Positions 27,250 to 36,262 of a stretch of 64,000 nucleotides of DNA are shown here, one piece after another. The translations under genes were made by a program, and so were the position numbers. The notes under the pieces are model-generated. The model saw only the letters and a list, made by a program, of their open reading frames with translations. It made no database searches and had not been told where the DNA came from. The DNA is from an uncultured Melioribacteraceae bacterium (GTDB lineage Bacteria; Bacteroidota; Ignavibacteria; Ignavibacteriales; Melioribacteraceae), in assembly GCA_964617555.1 (NCBI GenBank), contig CAZTYP010000029.1, positions 372 through 64,371 on the forward strand, written 5' to 3'. How positions within the stretch are numbered: the stretch's first letter is position 1; each line of letters starts with the position of its first letter.

Positions 27250-28815
27250 ATGATAAAAGAGATTGAGCTTTCCGTTTTCCCTAAAAATTTAGGTGACGGA
27301 GCATTAATAAAAAAATTAGCTGCCAAGAAATTAAGAATTAATCCTTCCGAAATTACGGCTTTGCAAATTATCCGCAGGTCCATTGATGCCCGCAAAAAAA
27401 AACCGCAATATCAAATAAAAATTAAAGTTTTTGTAAATGAAATTATCACTGAAACAAAACAAGAATTCCGTTTTAAAGATGTTAGCAAAAGTAAAAAAGT
27501 AATTATTGTAGGAAGCGGGCCTGCCGGACTTTTTGCGGCATTAAAATTATTGGAGTTAGGATTAAAACCCGTAATTATTGAACGGGGTTACGATGTTCAA
27601 AAACGAAGACGTGATTTAAAAGCAATACAGCAAGAGGGTATTGTTAATCCCGATTCAAATTATTGTTTTGGCGAAGGAGGAGCCGGAACTTACAGCGACG
27701 GTAAATTATATACACGGTCCACAAAACGAGGAGATGTAAAGAGAATTTTGAATTTGCTTGTAATGCACGGAGCTAAAGAAGAAATTTTAATAGACGCACA
27801 TCCGCATATTGGCAGTAACAAACTACCTAAAGTAATTTCGGCAATACGGAATACAATTTTAACTTATGGTGGCGAAATTTATTTTAAAAGTAAAGTAACC
27901 GACTTTATCTTTAATAATAATAAGCTTATTGGAGTTCTGGTTAACAATAAAAGCGAATTTGTTGCAGATGCGATTATCCTTGCAACGGGGCATTCGGCAA
28001 GGGATATTTATTATCTGTTGAATAAACATAAAATCAAGTTGGAGAATAAACCGTTTGCCATGGGGGTAAGAATTGAACATCCCCAACAATTAATAGATAC
28101 TATTCAATATCATTCGGTAAATGCACGCCAATATCTTCCGGCAGCCGAGTATAGTTTGGCCTGCCAAGTCGATAATCGCGGGGTTTATTCTTTTTGCATG
28201 TGTCCGGGTGGAATTATTATTCCCGCCTCTACGAATACCGAAGAGCTTGTCCTTAACGGAATGTCGAGTTCAAGCCGTAATTCTCCTTTTGCCAATGCCG
28301 GCTTGGTTGTTAGCGTTACTGCAGATGATTGGCAACATCATTCCGCACACGGAGTTTTTGCCGGGTTGGAATTCCAAAAAGAGATTGAAAATATGGCGTT
28401 TCGATTCGGTGGAAATAATCAGAAAGCACCGGCACAACGTTTAACGGATTTTACCAATAACAAAATTTCTCAAACGCTTCCTGCAACATCTTACATTCCG
28501 GGAACAATTTCCGCTCCCTTACATAATCTGTTGCCGGAAGGAATTGCCAAACGTTTGCAACAAAGTATTTTTCAATTCAATAAAAAGATGAAAGGATACT
28601 ACACGGAAGAAGCCCAAATACTTGCTCCAGAAACCAGAACAAGTTCTCCGATAAGAATACCGAGAGATGCAAAAACCCTTATGCATATTGAGATTGAGGG
28701 ACTTTTCCCTTCCGGCGAAGGTGCCGGATACGCCGGCGGAATTGTTTCTTCAGCAATTGACGGTGAACGAAGTGCCGAAGGTGTGGCAAAGTTTTTAGGT
28801 AAATTGTATATATAG
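27250..28815 (+). CDS. FAD-dependent oxidoreductase (uncharacterised NAD(FAD)-utilising dehydrogenase family, COG2509-like)
   Basis: IIVGSGPAGLFAA dinucleotide-binding motif about 90 aa from the N-terminus. CFGEGGAGTYSDGKL and a C-terminal GEGAGYAGGI motif are also present. Confidence 0.7.
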   Translation: MIKEIELSVFPKNLGDGALIKKLAAKKLRINPSEITALQIIRRSIDARKKKPQYQIKIKVFVNEIITETKQEFRFKDVSKSKKVIIVGSGPAGLFAALKLLELGLKPVIIERGYDVQKRRRDLKAIQQEGIVNPDSNYCFGEGGAGTYSDGKLYTRSTKRGDVKRILNLLVMHGAKEEILIDAHPHIGSNKLPKVISAIRNTILTYGGEIYFKSKVTDFIFNNNKLIGVLVNNKSEFVADAIILATGHSARDIYYLLNKHKIKLENKPFAMGVRIEHPQQLIDTIQYHSVNARQYLPAAEYSLACQVDNRGVYSFCMCPGGIIIPASTNTEELVLNGMSSSSRNSPFANAGLVVSVTADDWQHHSAHGVFAGLEFQKEIENMAFRFGGNNQKAPAQRLTDFTNNKISQTLPATSYIPGTISAPLHNLLPEGIAKRLQQSIFQFNKKMKGYYTEEAQILAPETRTSSPIRIPRDAKTLMHIEIEGLFPSGEGAGYAGGIVSSAIDGERSAEGVAKFLGKLYI

Positions 28816-28958
28816 AAAGAAATAATAAATGGGAATATGTATGCATTACGATGAAAACAAAGAAAATGTAAAACGACGTCAACATTTTCGATGATGTTAA
28901 TAATATCAAAACTGTATTCGAATCTTGACTTTTCAGTCCAAAATTAGCATCTTAATAT

Positions 28959-29792
28959 ATGGCGCAAAATTACTCTATCGAATCCTCGCTTGGCGGTGAA
29001 ATATCCATTACTACCTATGGAAATGAAAATATTTCTTCCGTTCCGTGTATTATTTTAGTTCCCGGATATCAAGGATTTAAAGATTGGGGATATTCACATT
29101 ATTTTGCGGATTATTTTGTCGGGCACGGTTTTTTTGTTATTACATATAATTCTTCGCATAACGGAATCGGTAAAAACAAATATGAAATTACGGAAACGGA
29201 AAAGTTTGCCGATAATACACTTTCCCGCGAAGTGCTTGAATTGAAGGACATTGTTAACGCATACGAAAAAAACAGTTTCGGGAAAATTACAACACCTCGG
29301 ATAGGAATGGTAGGGCACAGCAGAGGAGGGGCAATTTCCATACTCGGCGCATGGAATTCAACAAGTGTTAAAGCCGTTACAACATGGGGCAGTATTTCCA
29401 CCTTCGACAGATATTCCGAAAGACAGAAAGACTTTTGGAGAAAAACCGGATTTTTCCCTACAATAGATGCACATACAAAACGAAAATTAAAACACAATCT
29501 TATTGCCCTTGAAGATTATGAAAAACATAAAAACGGTTTGTTAAATTTGGAAAAAGCTGTAAGTAAATTAAAAAAACCGTTGTTAATTATTCATGGTAAA
29601 GACGATATGATTGTTAAAACAAAAGAAGCCGAAACCTTATACGGATGGGCGGATAAAAAAACTACCCGAATTCTTATTGTTGATGGAACGGGACACACAT
29701 TCGGTTGCGTACACCCATTTAAAGGTTCCAATGAAAAATTCGATTTTATTCTAAAAACAACTCTCGATTTTTTTGATAAATATTTGAAATGA
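28959..29792 (+). CDS. Alpha/beta hydrolase
   Basis: GHSRGG nucleophile elbow (GxSxG). The downstream D (HGKDD) and H (GTGHTF) fit a catalytic triad. Confidence 0.7.
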   Translation: MAQNYSIESSLGGEISITTYGNENISSVPCIILVPGYQGFKDWGYSHYFADYFVGHGFFVITYNSSHNGIGKNKYEITETEKFADNTLSREVLELKDIVNAYEKNSFGKITTPRIGMVGHSRGGAISILGAWNSTSVKAVTTWGSISTFDRYSERQKDFWRKTGFFPTIDAHTKRKLKHNLIALEDYEKHKNGLLNLEKAVSKLKKPLLIIHGKDDMIVKTKEAETLYGWADKKTTRILIVDGTGHTFGCVHPFKGSNEKFDFILKTTLDFFDKYLK

Positions 29793-29811
29793 CATTATTG
29801 GCGGTTTATTC

Positions 29812-31809
29812 ATGGAAATTAAAAATGTAATTTTTATTCTTCTATTTATCTTCTCTTTCTCCGTTTTGTTTTTCAGTTTAAAAAAGAGACTCTTTTTTTT
29901 GAAAATAGGGAAAACGGAAAACAGATTTAATAATCCGTACGAAAGGATTTTTAATGTAATTAAAATTGTATTCGGACAATCAAAACTTTTAAGAGACCCT
30001 TTTGCCGGAGCTACTCATTTTATAATATTCTGGGGATTTATAATTTTTCTTTTTGCCGTTGCCGAAGCAATAGGGCAAGGATTTTATTCCGGTTTTAGTT
30101 TGGAATTTTTGGGAAGATTTTATTCCATTCTTACTTTTATGCAAGATCTATTTTCCGTTTTTGTTTTATTTGCAGTACTTTTTGCTCTATTCAGAAGACA
30201 TATTTTAAAGGTGGAAAGGTTACCGAAAGGGAGACACGAACAATTGGATGCAACACTTATTCTGATTATGATTTTAATTGTTGTTGTAACAATGTTGGGG
30301 CAAAATTCCTCGCACCTTGCCGCAAACGGATTTAATTTTTCGCAGTTAGAATATCGGCCTGTTTCGCTTTGGTTCGGCAAAATATTTTATTACCCCCATT
30401 CACCGATTGCATCTGTCTTTTATGAAATATTTTGGTGGTTGCATATTTCGGTAATCTTTTTCTTTATGAACTATCTCCCTTATTCCAAACATTTTCACGT
30501 TTATATTGCACTTCCGAACGTTTATTTTTCCAGACTCCCCGAGAAGAAAATGATACTTAAACCGCTGGATTTGGAAGATGAAGAAGCGGAACAATTCGGG
30601 GTTGCAGATGTTGAGGATTTAACTTGGAAACAATTGCTTGACGGATATGCCTGTACCGAATGCGGGCGTTGTACTTCCGTTTGCCCGGCTGCTAATACCG
30701 GAAAACCATTGTCGCCTCGGGAAATAATTGTTAATATTAGAAAAAGAACGGAAGAAAAGGCTCCGTTAATTTTGGAAAGGAGAAAAAAAGAAGAGGTTTT
30801 AGAAAAAACATTAATACATAATTATGTTAAATCGGAAGAATTATGGGCATGCACAACTTGCGGAGCTTGTATGTATGAGTGCCCTGTAACCGTTGAACAT
30901 GTTGATGCAATTGTGGATATGAGACAAAATCTTGTGTTAATGGAATCGGAGTTTCCCAAAGAATTAAATACGATTTTTAAAAATTTGGAAAATAATTTTG
31001 TGCCTTGGGCATTTAATAATCAAAATAGAGCCGAATGGGCTAAAGACTTGAATATTAAAACAATGGCTGAAAATTCCGAATGCGAAATACTTTTTTGGGT
31101 AGGTTGTGCAGGCTCGTTTGATGAGCGATACAAAAACGTATCCAAGGCATTTGCACAAATTATGCAAAAAGCGGGTGTGGAATTTAGAATTTTAGGTACG
31201 GAAGAAAAATGTTGCGGAGATTCCGCCCGTAGGCTCGGTAACGAATATTTAGCTCAAACCTTAATGCAAGAAAACATCGAAACTCTTAATAAATACGGAG
31301 TAAAAAAGATTGTTACCGCCTGTCCACACGGATTTAATATCTTAAAAAACGAATATCCACAATTCGGCGGTAATTACAAAGTCTTGCATCATAGCCAGTT
31401 TATTGATAACTTAATAAAAACAAATAAAATTTCTTTAAAATATGTCGGGAAAACAAGTAAATTAACTTACCACGATTCATGCTATTTAGGTAGGTATAAT
31501 TCACTTTACGAAGAACCCCGTCATGCTTTGGAAAGTTTGAGAACAATTGAAATAATTGAACCGGAGAGGACGAAGGAAAAAGCTTTCTGTTGCGGTGCCG
31601 GTGGCGGCAGAATGTTTTTGGAAGAAGATAGTGAAATCAGAATCAATGAAAACAGAACAAAAGAATTATTAAGCACAAATGTTGATACAATTGCTTCCGC
31701 TTGTCCGTTTTGTATGACAATGATAAACGACGGCTTAAAATCTGAAGATAAAACGGAAAAAATTGCGGTTAAAGATATTGCGGAGATTGTTCTTGAACAT
31801 ATTAAATAA
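29812..31809 (+). CDS. Membrane-bound (Fe-S)-binding oxidoreductase: a NarI/HdrE-like polytopic N-terminal domain fused to an HdrD/GlpC-like domain (2x[4Fe-4S] plus two CCG domains)
   Basis: About 6 N-terminal TM helices with conserved His (HFIIFWGF, WWLHISV...HFHV). Cluster motifs CTECGRCTSVCP and CTTCGACMYECP. Cys-rich CCG motifs EKCCGD and AFCCGAGGG. Confidence 0.75.
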   Translation: MEIKNVIFILLFIFSFSVLFFSLKKRLFFLKIGKTENRFNNPYERIFNVIKIVFGQSKLLRDPFAGATHFIIFWGFIIFLFAVAEAIGQGFYSGFSLEFLGRFYSILTFMQDLFSVFVLFAVLFALFRRHILKVERLPKGRHEQLDATLILIMILIVVVTMLGQNSSHLAANGFNFSQLEYRPVSLWFGKIFYYPHSPIASVFYEIFWWLHISVIFFFMNYLPYSKHFHVYIALPNVYFSRLPEKKMILKPLDLEDEEAEQFGVADVEDLTWKQLLDGYACTECGRCTSVCPAANTGKPLSPREIIVNIRKRTEEKAPLILERRKKEEVLEKTLIHNYVKSEELWACTTCGACMYECPVTVEHVDAIVDMRQNLVLMESEFPKELNTIFKNLENNFVPWAFNNQNRAEWAKDLNIKTMAENSECEILFWVGCAGSFDERYKNVSKAFAQIMQKAGVEFRILGTEEKCCGDSARRLGNEYLAQTLMQENIETLNKYGVKKIVTACPHGFNILKNEYPQFGGNYKVLHHSQFIDNLIKTNKISLKYVGKTSKLTYHDSCYLGRYNSLYEEPRHALESLRTIEIIEPERTKEKAFCCGAGGGRMFLEEDSEIRINENRTKELLSTNVDTIASACPFCMTMINDGLKSEDKTEKIAVKDIAEIVLEHIK

Positions 31810-31845
31810 CTTATTACTTAACTTAACTAAAACGATGGAGGACTC

Positions 31846-32031
31846 ATGAGTCAATCATATCAAGATTTACAAGATCTGTTAAAAGGAATGGAAACAGATA
31901 TTCAAAAATTTTACGAAAAAGGACAAGCGGCAGCTGGTACTCGCCTTCGTAAAGCTTTAAGCGAATTAAAGAAAAAAGCACAAGACATGAGAAACGAAAT
32001 TCAAACAATCAAAGCGGAAAGAAAAGGATAA
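31846..32031 (+). CDS. Histone H1-like small basic DNA-binding protein (Bacteroidetes-type histone H1 / Hc1-like)
   Basis: 61 aa. The core KGQAAAGTRLRKALSELKKKAQDMRNEI matches the conserved AAGTR(V/L)RK...K block of this family. A GGAGGA RBS precedes the ATG and a strong terminator follows. Confidence 0.65.
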   Translation: MSQSYQDLQDLLKGMETDIQKFYEKGQAAAGTRLRKALSELKKKAQDMRNEIQTIKAERKG

Positions 32032-32055
32032 TTTCGGGTTACTTTGATTTTTTAC

Positions 32056-32090
32056 GCCGCCACTTAATTTATTCAAGTGGCGGCTTTTTT
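32056..32090 (+). terminator. Rho-independent terminator
   Basis: Perfect 10-bp stem, GCCGCCACTT (32056-32065) with AAGTGGCGGC (32075-32084), followed by TTTTTT. Confidence 0.85.
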
Positions 32091-32117
32091 ATTAAAATAC
32101 GATGATTTTATTTAAAT

Positions 32118-33392
32118 ATGAATAATGCTTCTTTTATTATATTGTTTCTGTTTGTGTTTGTTTCGCTTCGGGCACAAAATAACAATGTTAACTCTCTTGA
32201 GTTTGCTTTTACCGGCGACATTATGTGTCATTCCACGCAGTTTAAGTTTGCCGCTGTCGGAAAAGATTCTTTCGATTTTAAACCGACCTATCGAGAAATA
32301 AAACCATATTTTGATAATTGTGATGTTGTTGTGGGAAATCTTGAAACGGTTGTTGAAGTTAAAGGCGTAAAATATTCGGGATATCCGGTCTTTAATACTC
32401 CCGAGGATTTTCTTGAAGGATTAAAATTTGCGGGATTCAATATCCTCTCTACGGCAAATAATCACGCTTACGATCTTAAAGAGAGAGGAGTTTTAAGCAC
32501 AATTAATCATATTCATTCCGCCGGAATGGATAATGTTGGAACTTATAAAACCGAAAGGGGAAGAGATTCTGTTTGTCTGTTTGAAAAAAACAGGATAAAA
32601 TTTGCAATTCTTTCATATACGTACGGAGTTAATTTATATACAATTCCCAATGAAAAATCTTTTTTGGTGAACAGAATTAATGAGGAATTAATAAAAAAGG
32701 ATATTATTAATTACAGAAACGAAGGAGCGGATTTAATCATTCTGTTTTTTCATTTCGGGAAAGAATATGCAAAAGTACCCGACAAATTTCAGAAAGAATT
32801 GGTTGCCAAAGCGATTAAATTCGGAGCGGATATTATTATAGGATCGCATCCGCATACATTGCAACCGGTTAAATTTTTTAAATCGCAAGGAAAGATTGAT
32901 ACGGGCTTTACTGCTTATTCCCTCGGTAATTTTATTTCCAATCAAAGATGGAGATATTCCGACGGAGGTGCAGTTCTTAATTTTTCCGTGGAAAAAAATA
33001 TGAATAACGGCAAAATAAAATTAAAATCGGTTAAATATTTGCCGATTTGGGTTTTTAAAGGATATACTGATAATGGTTCTGAGTATGTAATTTTACCGGC
33101 TGATACGGCAATAAACGATACACATTTCACATATTTACAAAGCAACGATTTAAAATTAATGCGTGAATGTTATTACGATACAAAAGAAATTTTGCAAAAA
33201 GAAACAAAAAAAATTTCAATAGATTCCATACCCGCAATCAGAAAAAGACAGAAAGCAAAAAAAATATCGGAACTTAATTGTTTTGTCGATATTCCTTTAA
33301 AAAACACCGAAAGTAAAAAAACAAATGCAACTTATATTATCATGGATTCTCTAAATGTAAAGTATCCTAAACTGCCTTTTAATATTAACTAA
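32118..33392 (+). CDS. CapA family protein (PGA_cap metallophosphatase-like)
   Basis: Signal peptide, then FTGDIMCH, GNLET, ANNHAYD and GSHPH motifs characteristic of CapA/PgsA-type proteins. Confidence 0.75.
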   Translation: MNNASFIILFLFVFVSLRAQNNNVNSLEFAFTGDIMCHSTQFKFAAVGKDSFDFKPTYREIKPYFDNCDVVVGNLETVVEVKGVKYSGYPVFNTPEDFLEGLKFAGFNILSTANNHAYDLKERGVLSTINHIHSAGMDNVGTYKTERGRDSVCLFEKNRIKFAILSYTYGVNLYTIPNEKSFLVNRINEELIKKDIINYRNEGADLIILFFHFGKEYAKVPDKFQKELVAKAIKFGADIIIGSHPHTLQPVKFFKSQGKIDTGFTAYSLGNFISNQRWRYSDGGAVLNFSVEKNMNNGKIKLKSVKYLPIWVFKGYTDNGSEYVILPADTAINDTHFTYLQSNDLKLMRECYYDTKEILQKETKKISIDSIPAIRKRQKAKKISELNCFVDIPLKNTESKKTNATYIIMDSLNVKYPKLPFNIN

Positions 33393-33444
33393 AAGATGTT
33401 TAAATTTATATATTTACAGTGATATTATTAACAATTTAGATAGG

Positions 33445-33963
33445 TTGAAAATGAAAAAAAATGCGGTAATTATTTTTATGTTCTTTTTTTTATTGATAGT
33501 TGGATGTAGTAAAACCGAACGGGACAATGAATATTATCAACTTGCTAAAAAAAGTTTAAACGAAAAAAAATATTATGATGCACTAAAATATTTTCAAAAA
33601 ATTGTTGATGAATATCCTAAAAGTAAACATTATAAAGATGCATTATTACAAACAGGAGAACTGACTCAGGGCCTTGTTGACAAAAAACTTACTAAAAAAG
33701 AAGCCTATAAAAAAGCGATTGAAATTTATATAAAATTCCAAAAAAAATATCCCCAAGATGGCAAAGCTCCTCAAGCCCTTTTTATGATCGGCTTTTTGCA
33801 AGCGAACGAATTAGGCAAACTTGAAGAGGCAAAGGCAACTTACAATAAATTTTTGGAACTATATCCGAACTCCGAAATGGCACAATCGGCAAAAGCCGAA
33901 CTCGAAAATTTAGGGTTGTCGCCCGATCAAATACTTGAACAAAAAATTAAAAACAATAAGTGA
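33445..33963 (+). CDS. TPR-repeat lipoprotein (YbgF/BamD-like)
   Basis: Lipobox LLIVGCSK followed by TPR-like helices (YYDALKYFQKIVDEYPKS, ALFMIGF..., AKATYNKFLELYPNS). The track's TTG start is 33445; an ATG at 33451 is equally plausible. Confidence 0.55.
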   Translation: MKMKKNAVIIFMFFFLLIVGCSKTERDNEYYQLAKKSLNEKKYYDALKYFQKIVDEYPKSKHYKDALLQTGELTQGLVDKKLTKKEAYKKAIEIYIKFQKKYPQDGKAPQALFMIGFLQANELGKLEEAKATYNKFLELYPNSEMAQSAKAELENLGLSPDQILEQKIKNNK

Positions 33964-34868
33964 ATAATAACACAAAACAAAGTGGAACCCGATTAACCCC
34001 TTCTCTTATTTCCAAGCTTAATTCTCTTGAATTAAAAGCTAAAATGGTTGTGGAGGGTTTTAAAGTAGGGTTACATCGTTCTCCTTATCACGGCTTTAGT
34101 GTTGAGTTCAGTGAACACAAGGCGTATATGCAAGGCGATCCCATTAAAAATATCGATTGGAAAGTTTACGGCAAAAGTGATAAACTTTTTATTAAACAAT
34201 ACGAAGAAGAAACAAATTTGTCGGCGAATATTTTGCTTGATATAAGTGGCTCTATGGATTACAAACATAAAGGGGAGATTACGAAATTAGAGTATGCCAA
34301 AATACTTGCCGCAAGTTTAAGCTATTTGATGATTTCGCAACAGGATTCTGTGGGGTTATCTTTTTATTCAGAAAAAATCAAAACATATTTCCCTCCGCGT
34401 TCCACAAAAATATATTTACAAACATTACTGAAAGAACTTGATAATGTTGTTGCTTCCGACAAAACAGAAACCGCCGAATCCCTTAATTCCATTGCGGAAA
34501 AGATAAAGAAAAGAGGCGTTGTAATAATAATCTCCGATTTTTTTGACAATGTGGATTCTATTTTAACAGCCCTTAAACATTTTAAATATAAAAAAAACGA
34601 AGTAATTGTTTTTCAAATATTAGACCCGGTTGAGAAAGATTTTGCTTTTGCGCAAGATGCTATCTTTGTGGATAAAGAAACTGCGGAAGAAATTACCACG
34701 CAACCCCATCAAATTCAAAAAGCATATCAAACGGCAATGAGAGATTTTTTGGAGAAATTAAAAAGGGAGTGCCTTAACAATAAGATTGAATATAACCAAA
34801 TTGATACAACAACACCCTTCGATAAAGCGTTATTTGCTTACTTTAAAAAGCGAAGTAAATTAAATTAA
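33960..34868 (+). CDS. DUF58 domain protein (vWA-like, usually associated with MoxR)
   Basis: GTG start. HRSPYHGFSVEFSEHKAYMQGDPIKNIDWKVYGKSDKLFIKQYEEETN is the hallmark DUF58 block. A vWA-like LLDISGSM follows. Confidence 0.8.
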   Translation: MNNNTKQSGTRLTPSLISKLNSLELKAKMVVEGFKVGLHRSPYHGFSVEFSEHKAYMQGDPIKNIDWKVYGKSDKLFIKQYEEETNLSANILLDISGSMDYKHKGEITKLEYAKILAASLSYLMISQQDSVGLSFYSEKIKTYFPPRSTKIYLQTLLKELDNVVASDKTETAESLNSIAEKIKKRGVVIIISDFFDNVDSILTALKHFKYKKNEVIVFQILDPVEKDFAFAQDAIFVDKETAEEITTQPHQIQKAYQTAMRDFLEKLKRECLNNKIEYNQIDTTTPFDKALFAYFKKRSKLN

Positions 34869-35048
34869 AAAAAGGATTATTTATATTGTATAAAGTGTTG
34901 CCTTTTTTATACAGCAATCCATTTTTGAAGACAAATAAATGTTTTATGCAGAAATAATGTTTGTTTTTCTTTAATAATTGGGGAAAATATTAAAACAACA
35001 TCTTGGCACAATCTATGTATAAAGATTGGAAAACAAACGGAGGATAAA

Positions 35049-36158
35049 ATGAAAAACGGATTATGGATTTTTGTTTTATTTGTAGCAATTTCTTTTACGG
35101 GATGTTACACCAGCTTTTCCCCTCGCGATGCGGAATCGGAGGCCTACGGAAAATTAAGTAAAGGATTCTATGATTCTCCCGACATTGCTTCCGCTTATGA
35201 TTCTTTAGACTTTGAAGAATATGGTTCTGTGGAAGAATATCCTCAAAATGATAATGATGTTACAGTTGTAAATAATTATTACGGTGATTCGTGGGATTCT
35301 CCTCCTCTCTATTATAATGATTACTCTTTTAGCGGCGGCTTCGGGTTTTACGGTGCATATTATGACCCGTTCTATTCTTCCTATTATTCTCCTTTCCATA
35401 CGGTTTATTATCCCAATTATGCTTCTTCTTATATTAATGTGTACGGAGATGCTTACTTTGGCTGGTATTCCCCGAATTATTATGGTGGGAGATATTTTTC
35501 TCCTTCTCCCGTACGATACAGAACTTATCAAGTTGCGTCGTCGTATAACACCGGTTCTTCTTTACGTAATACAAGAGGAAGAACAACTTTATCAAGAAGA
35601 AGCCGAAATACTTCCGGCGGAATGGTTTCCCGAACAGGAAATTATGCTTCAGTAAATAGTGCAAGCAGACTTAAAGGTTTCGATTTGGATAGGGATTTGG
35701 TTGTTACAAAAAGAGTGAATAACAGTGAGAAAATTTCCGGTTCTTTACGCAATGCCGGCATAACAAAAACCGATAATGCAAGGTCGGTTTCAAAAAGAAG
35801 TACGAGTTTGTCCCGCAGACGCATTGCCGGCGAAAAAGGATACAGAATATTGGCAAGCAGATCAAGCAGCCGTGCTGCAAAAAGAACATACGGCAGAACA
35901 CATCCGCAGAGTGTAAAAAACAAAAAAGTAAATAAAAGCAGAAGTAAAAGAACATATTCTTCCTCAAGAAGTTCAGGTTCAAGAAATTCATCATCACGCT
36001 CGTATTACAGGCCTCCATCTCGTTCAAGTAACAGAACGCCTAGTGTTTCGGGGTCTTCACGGGGCAGTCGCTCCGGTAGAAGTTATTCCGGTTCAAGAAG
36101 TCCGTCGCGAAGCAGTTCATCTTCATCACGAAGTTCCAAGAAGACGCGAAGAAGATAA
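35049..36158 (+). CDS. Low-complexity lipoprotein with an acidic N-region, a Tyr/Ser/Gly-rich aromatic region and a long Ser/Arg-rich basic tail
   Basis: Signal peptide with lipobox (AISFTGCYTS). AGGA RBS at about 35040. Residues about 75-160 are Tyr-rich (YYGDSWDSPPLYYNDYSFSGGFGFYGAYYDPFYSSYYSPF...). The last ~200 aa are dominated by S and R, ending ...SRSPSRSSSSSSRSSKKTRRR. Ser and Arg are spelled with mixed synonymous codons. Confidence 0.6.
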   Translation: MKNGLWIFVLFVAISFTGCYTSFSPRDAESEAYGKLSKGFYDSPDIASAYDSLDFEEYGSVEEYPQNDNDVTVVNNYYGDSWDSPPLYYNDYSFSGGFGFYGAYYDPFYSSYYSPFHTVYYPNYASSYINVYGDAYFGWYSPNYYGGRYFSPSPVRYRTYQVASSYNTGSSLRNTRGRTTLSRRSRNTSGGMVSRTGNYASVNSASRLKGFDLDRDLVVTKRVNNSEKISGSLRNAGITKTDNARSVSKRSTSLSRRRIAGEKGYRILASRSSSRAAKRTYGRTHPQSVKNKKVNKSRSKRTYSSSRSSGSRNSSSRSYYRPPSRSSNRTPSVSGSSRGSRSGRSYSGSRSPSRSSSSSSRSSKKTRRR

Positions 36159-36262
36159 CGAGATTACAATTAGCAAATTAGTAACCATTTAACTAACACT
36201 TTTGTTGTTAAACAGGATTGTTGTGCCCATTAAAATTTTGAATTAAAAACGCAGGTGATAAA

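Noticed and set aside
35004-35018. Sigma-54-like TGGCAC element about 40 nt upstream of the Ser/Arg-rich lipoprotein gene
   Set aside because: The -24 half (TGGCAC) matches. The -12 position reads ATGT instead of TTGC, so the critical GC is missing. No enhancer-binding-protein gene is nearby. A single hexamer match is expected by chance.
35205-36027. Cluster of five overlapping alternative-frame ORFs (35205-35531 minus, 35284-35655 plus, 35434-35664 minus, 35642-35923 minus, 35704-36027 minus)
   Set aside because: All lie within the Tyr- and Ser/Arg-rich lipoprotein gene. The biased codon composition of that gene suppresses stop codons in the other frames. Only the 35049-36158 frame has a signal peptide with a lipobox, an RBS and a coherent domain layout.
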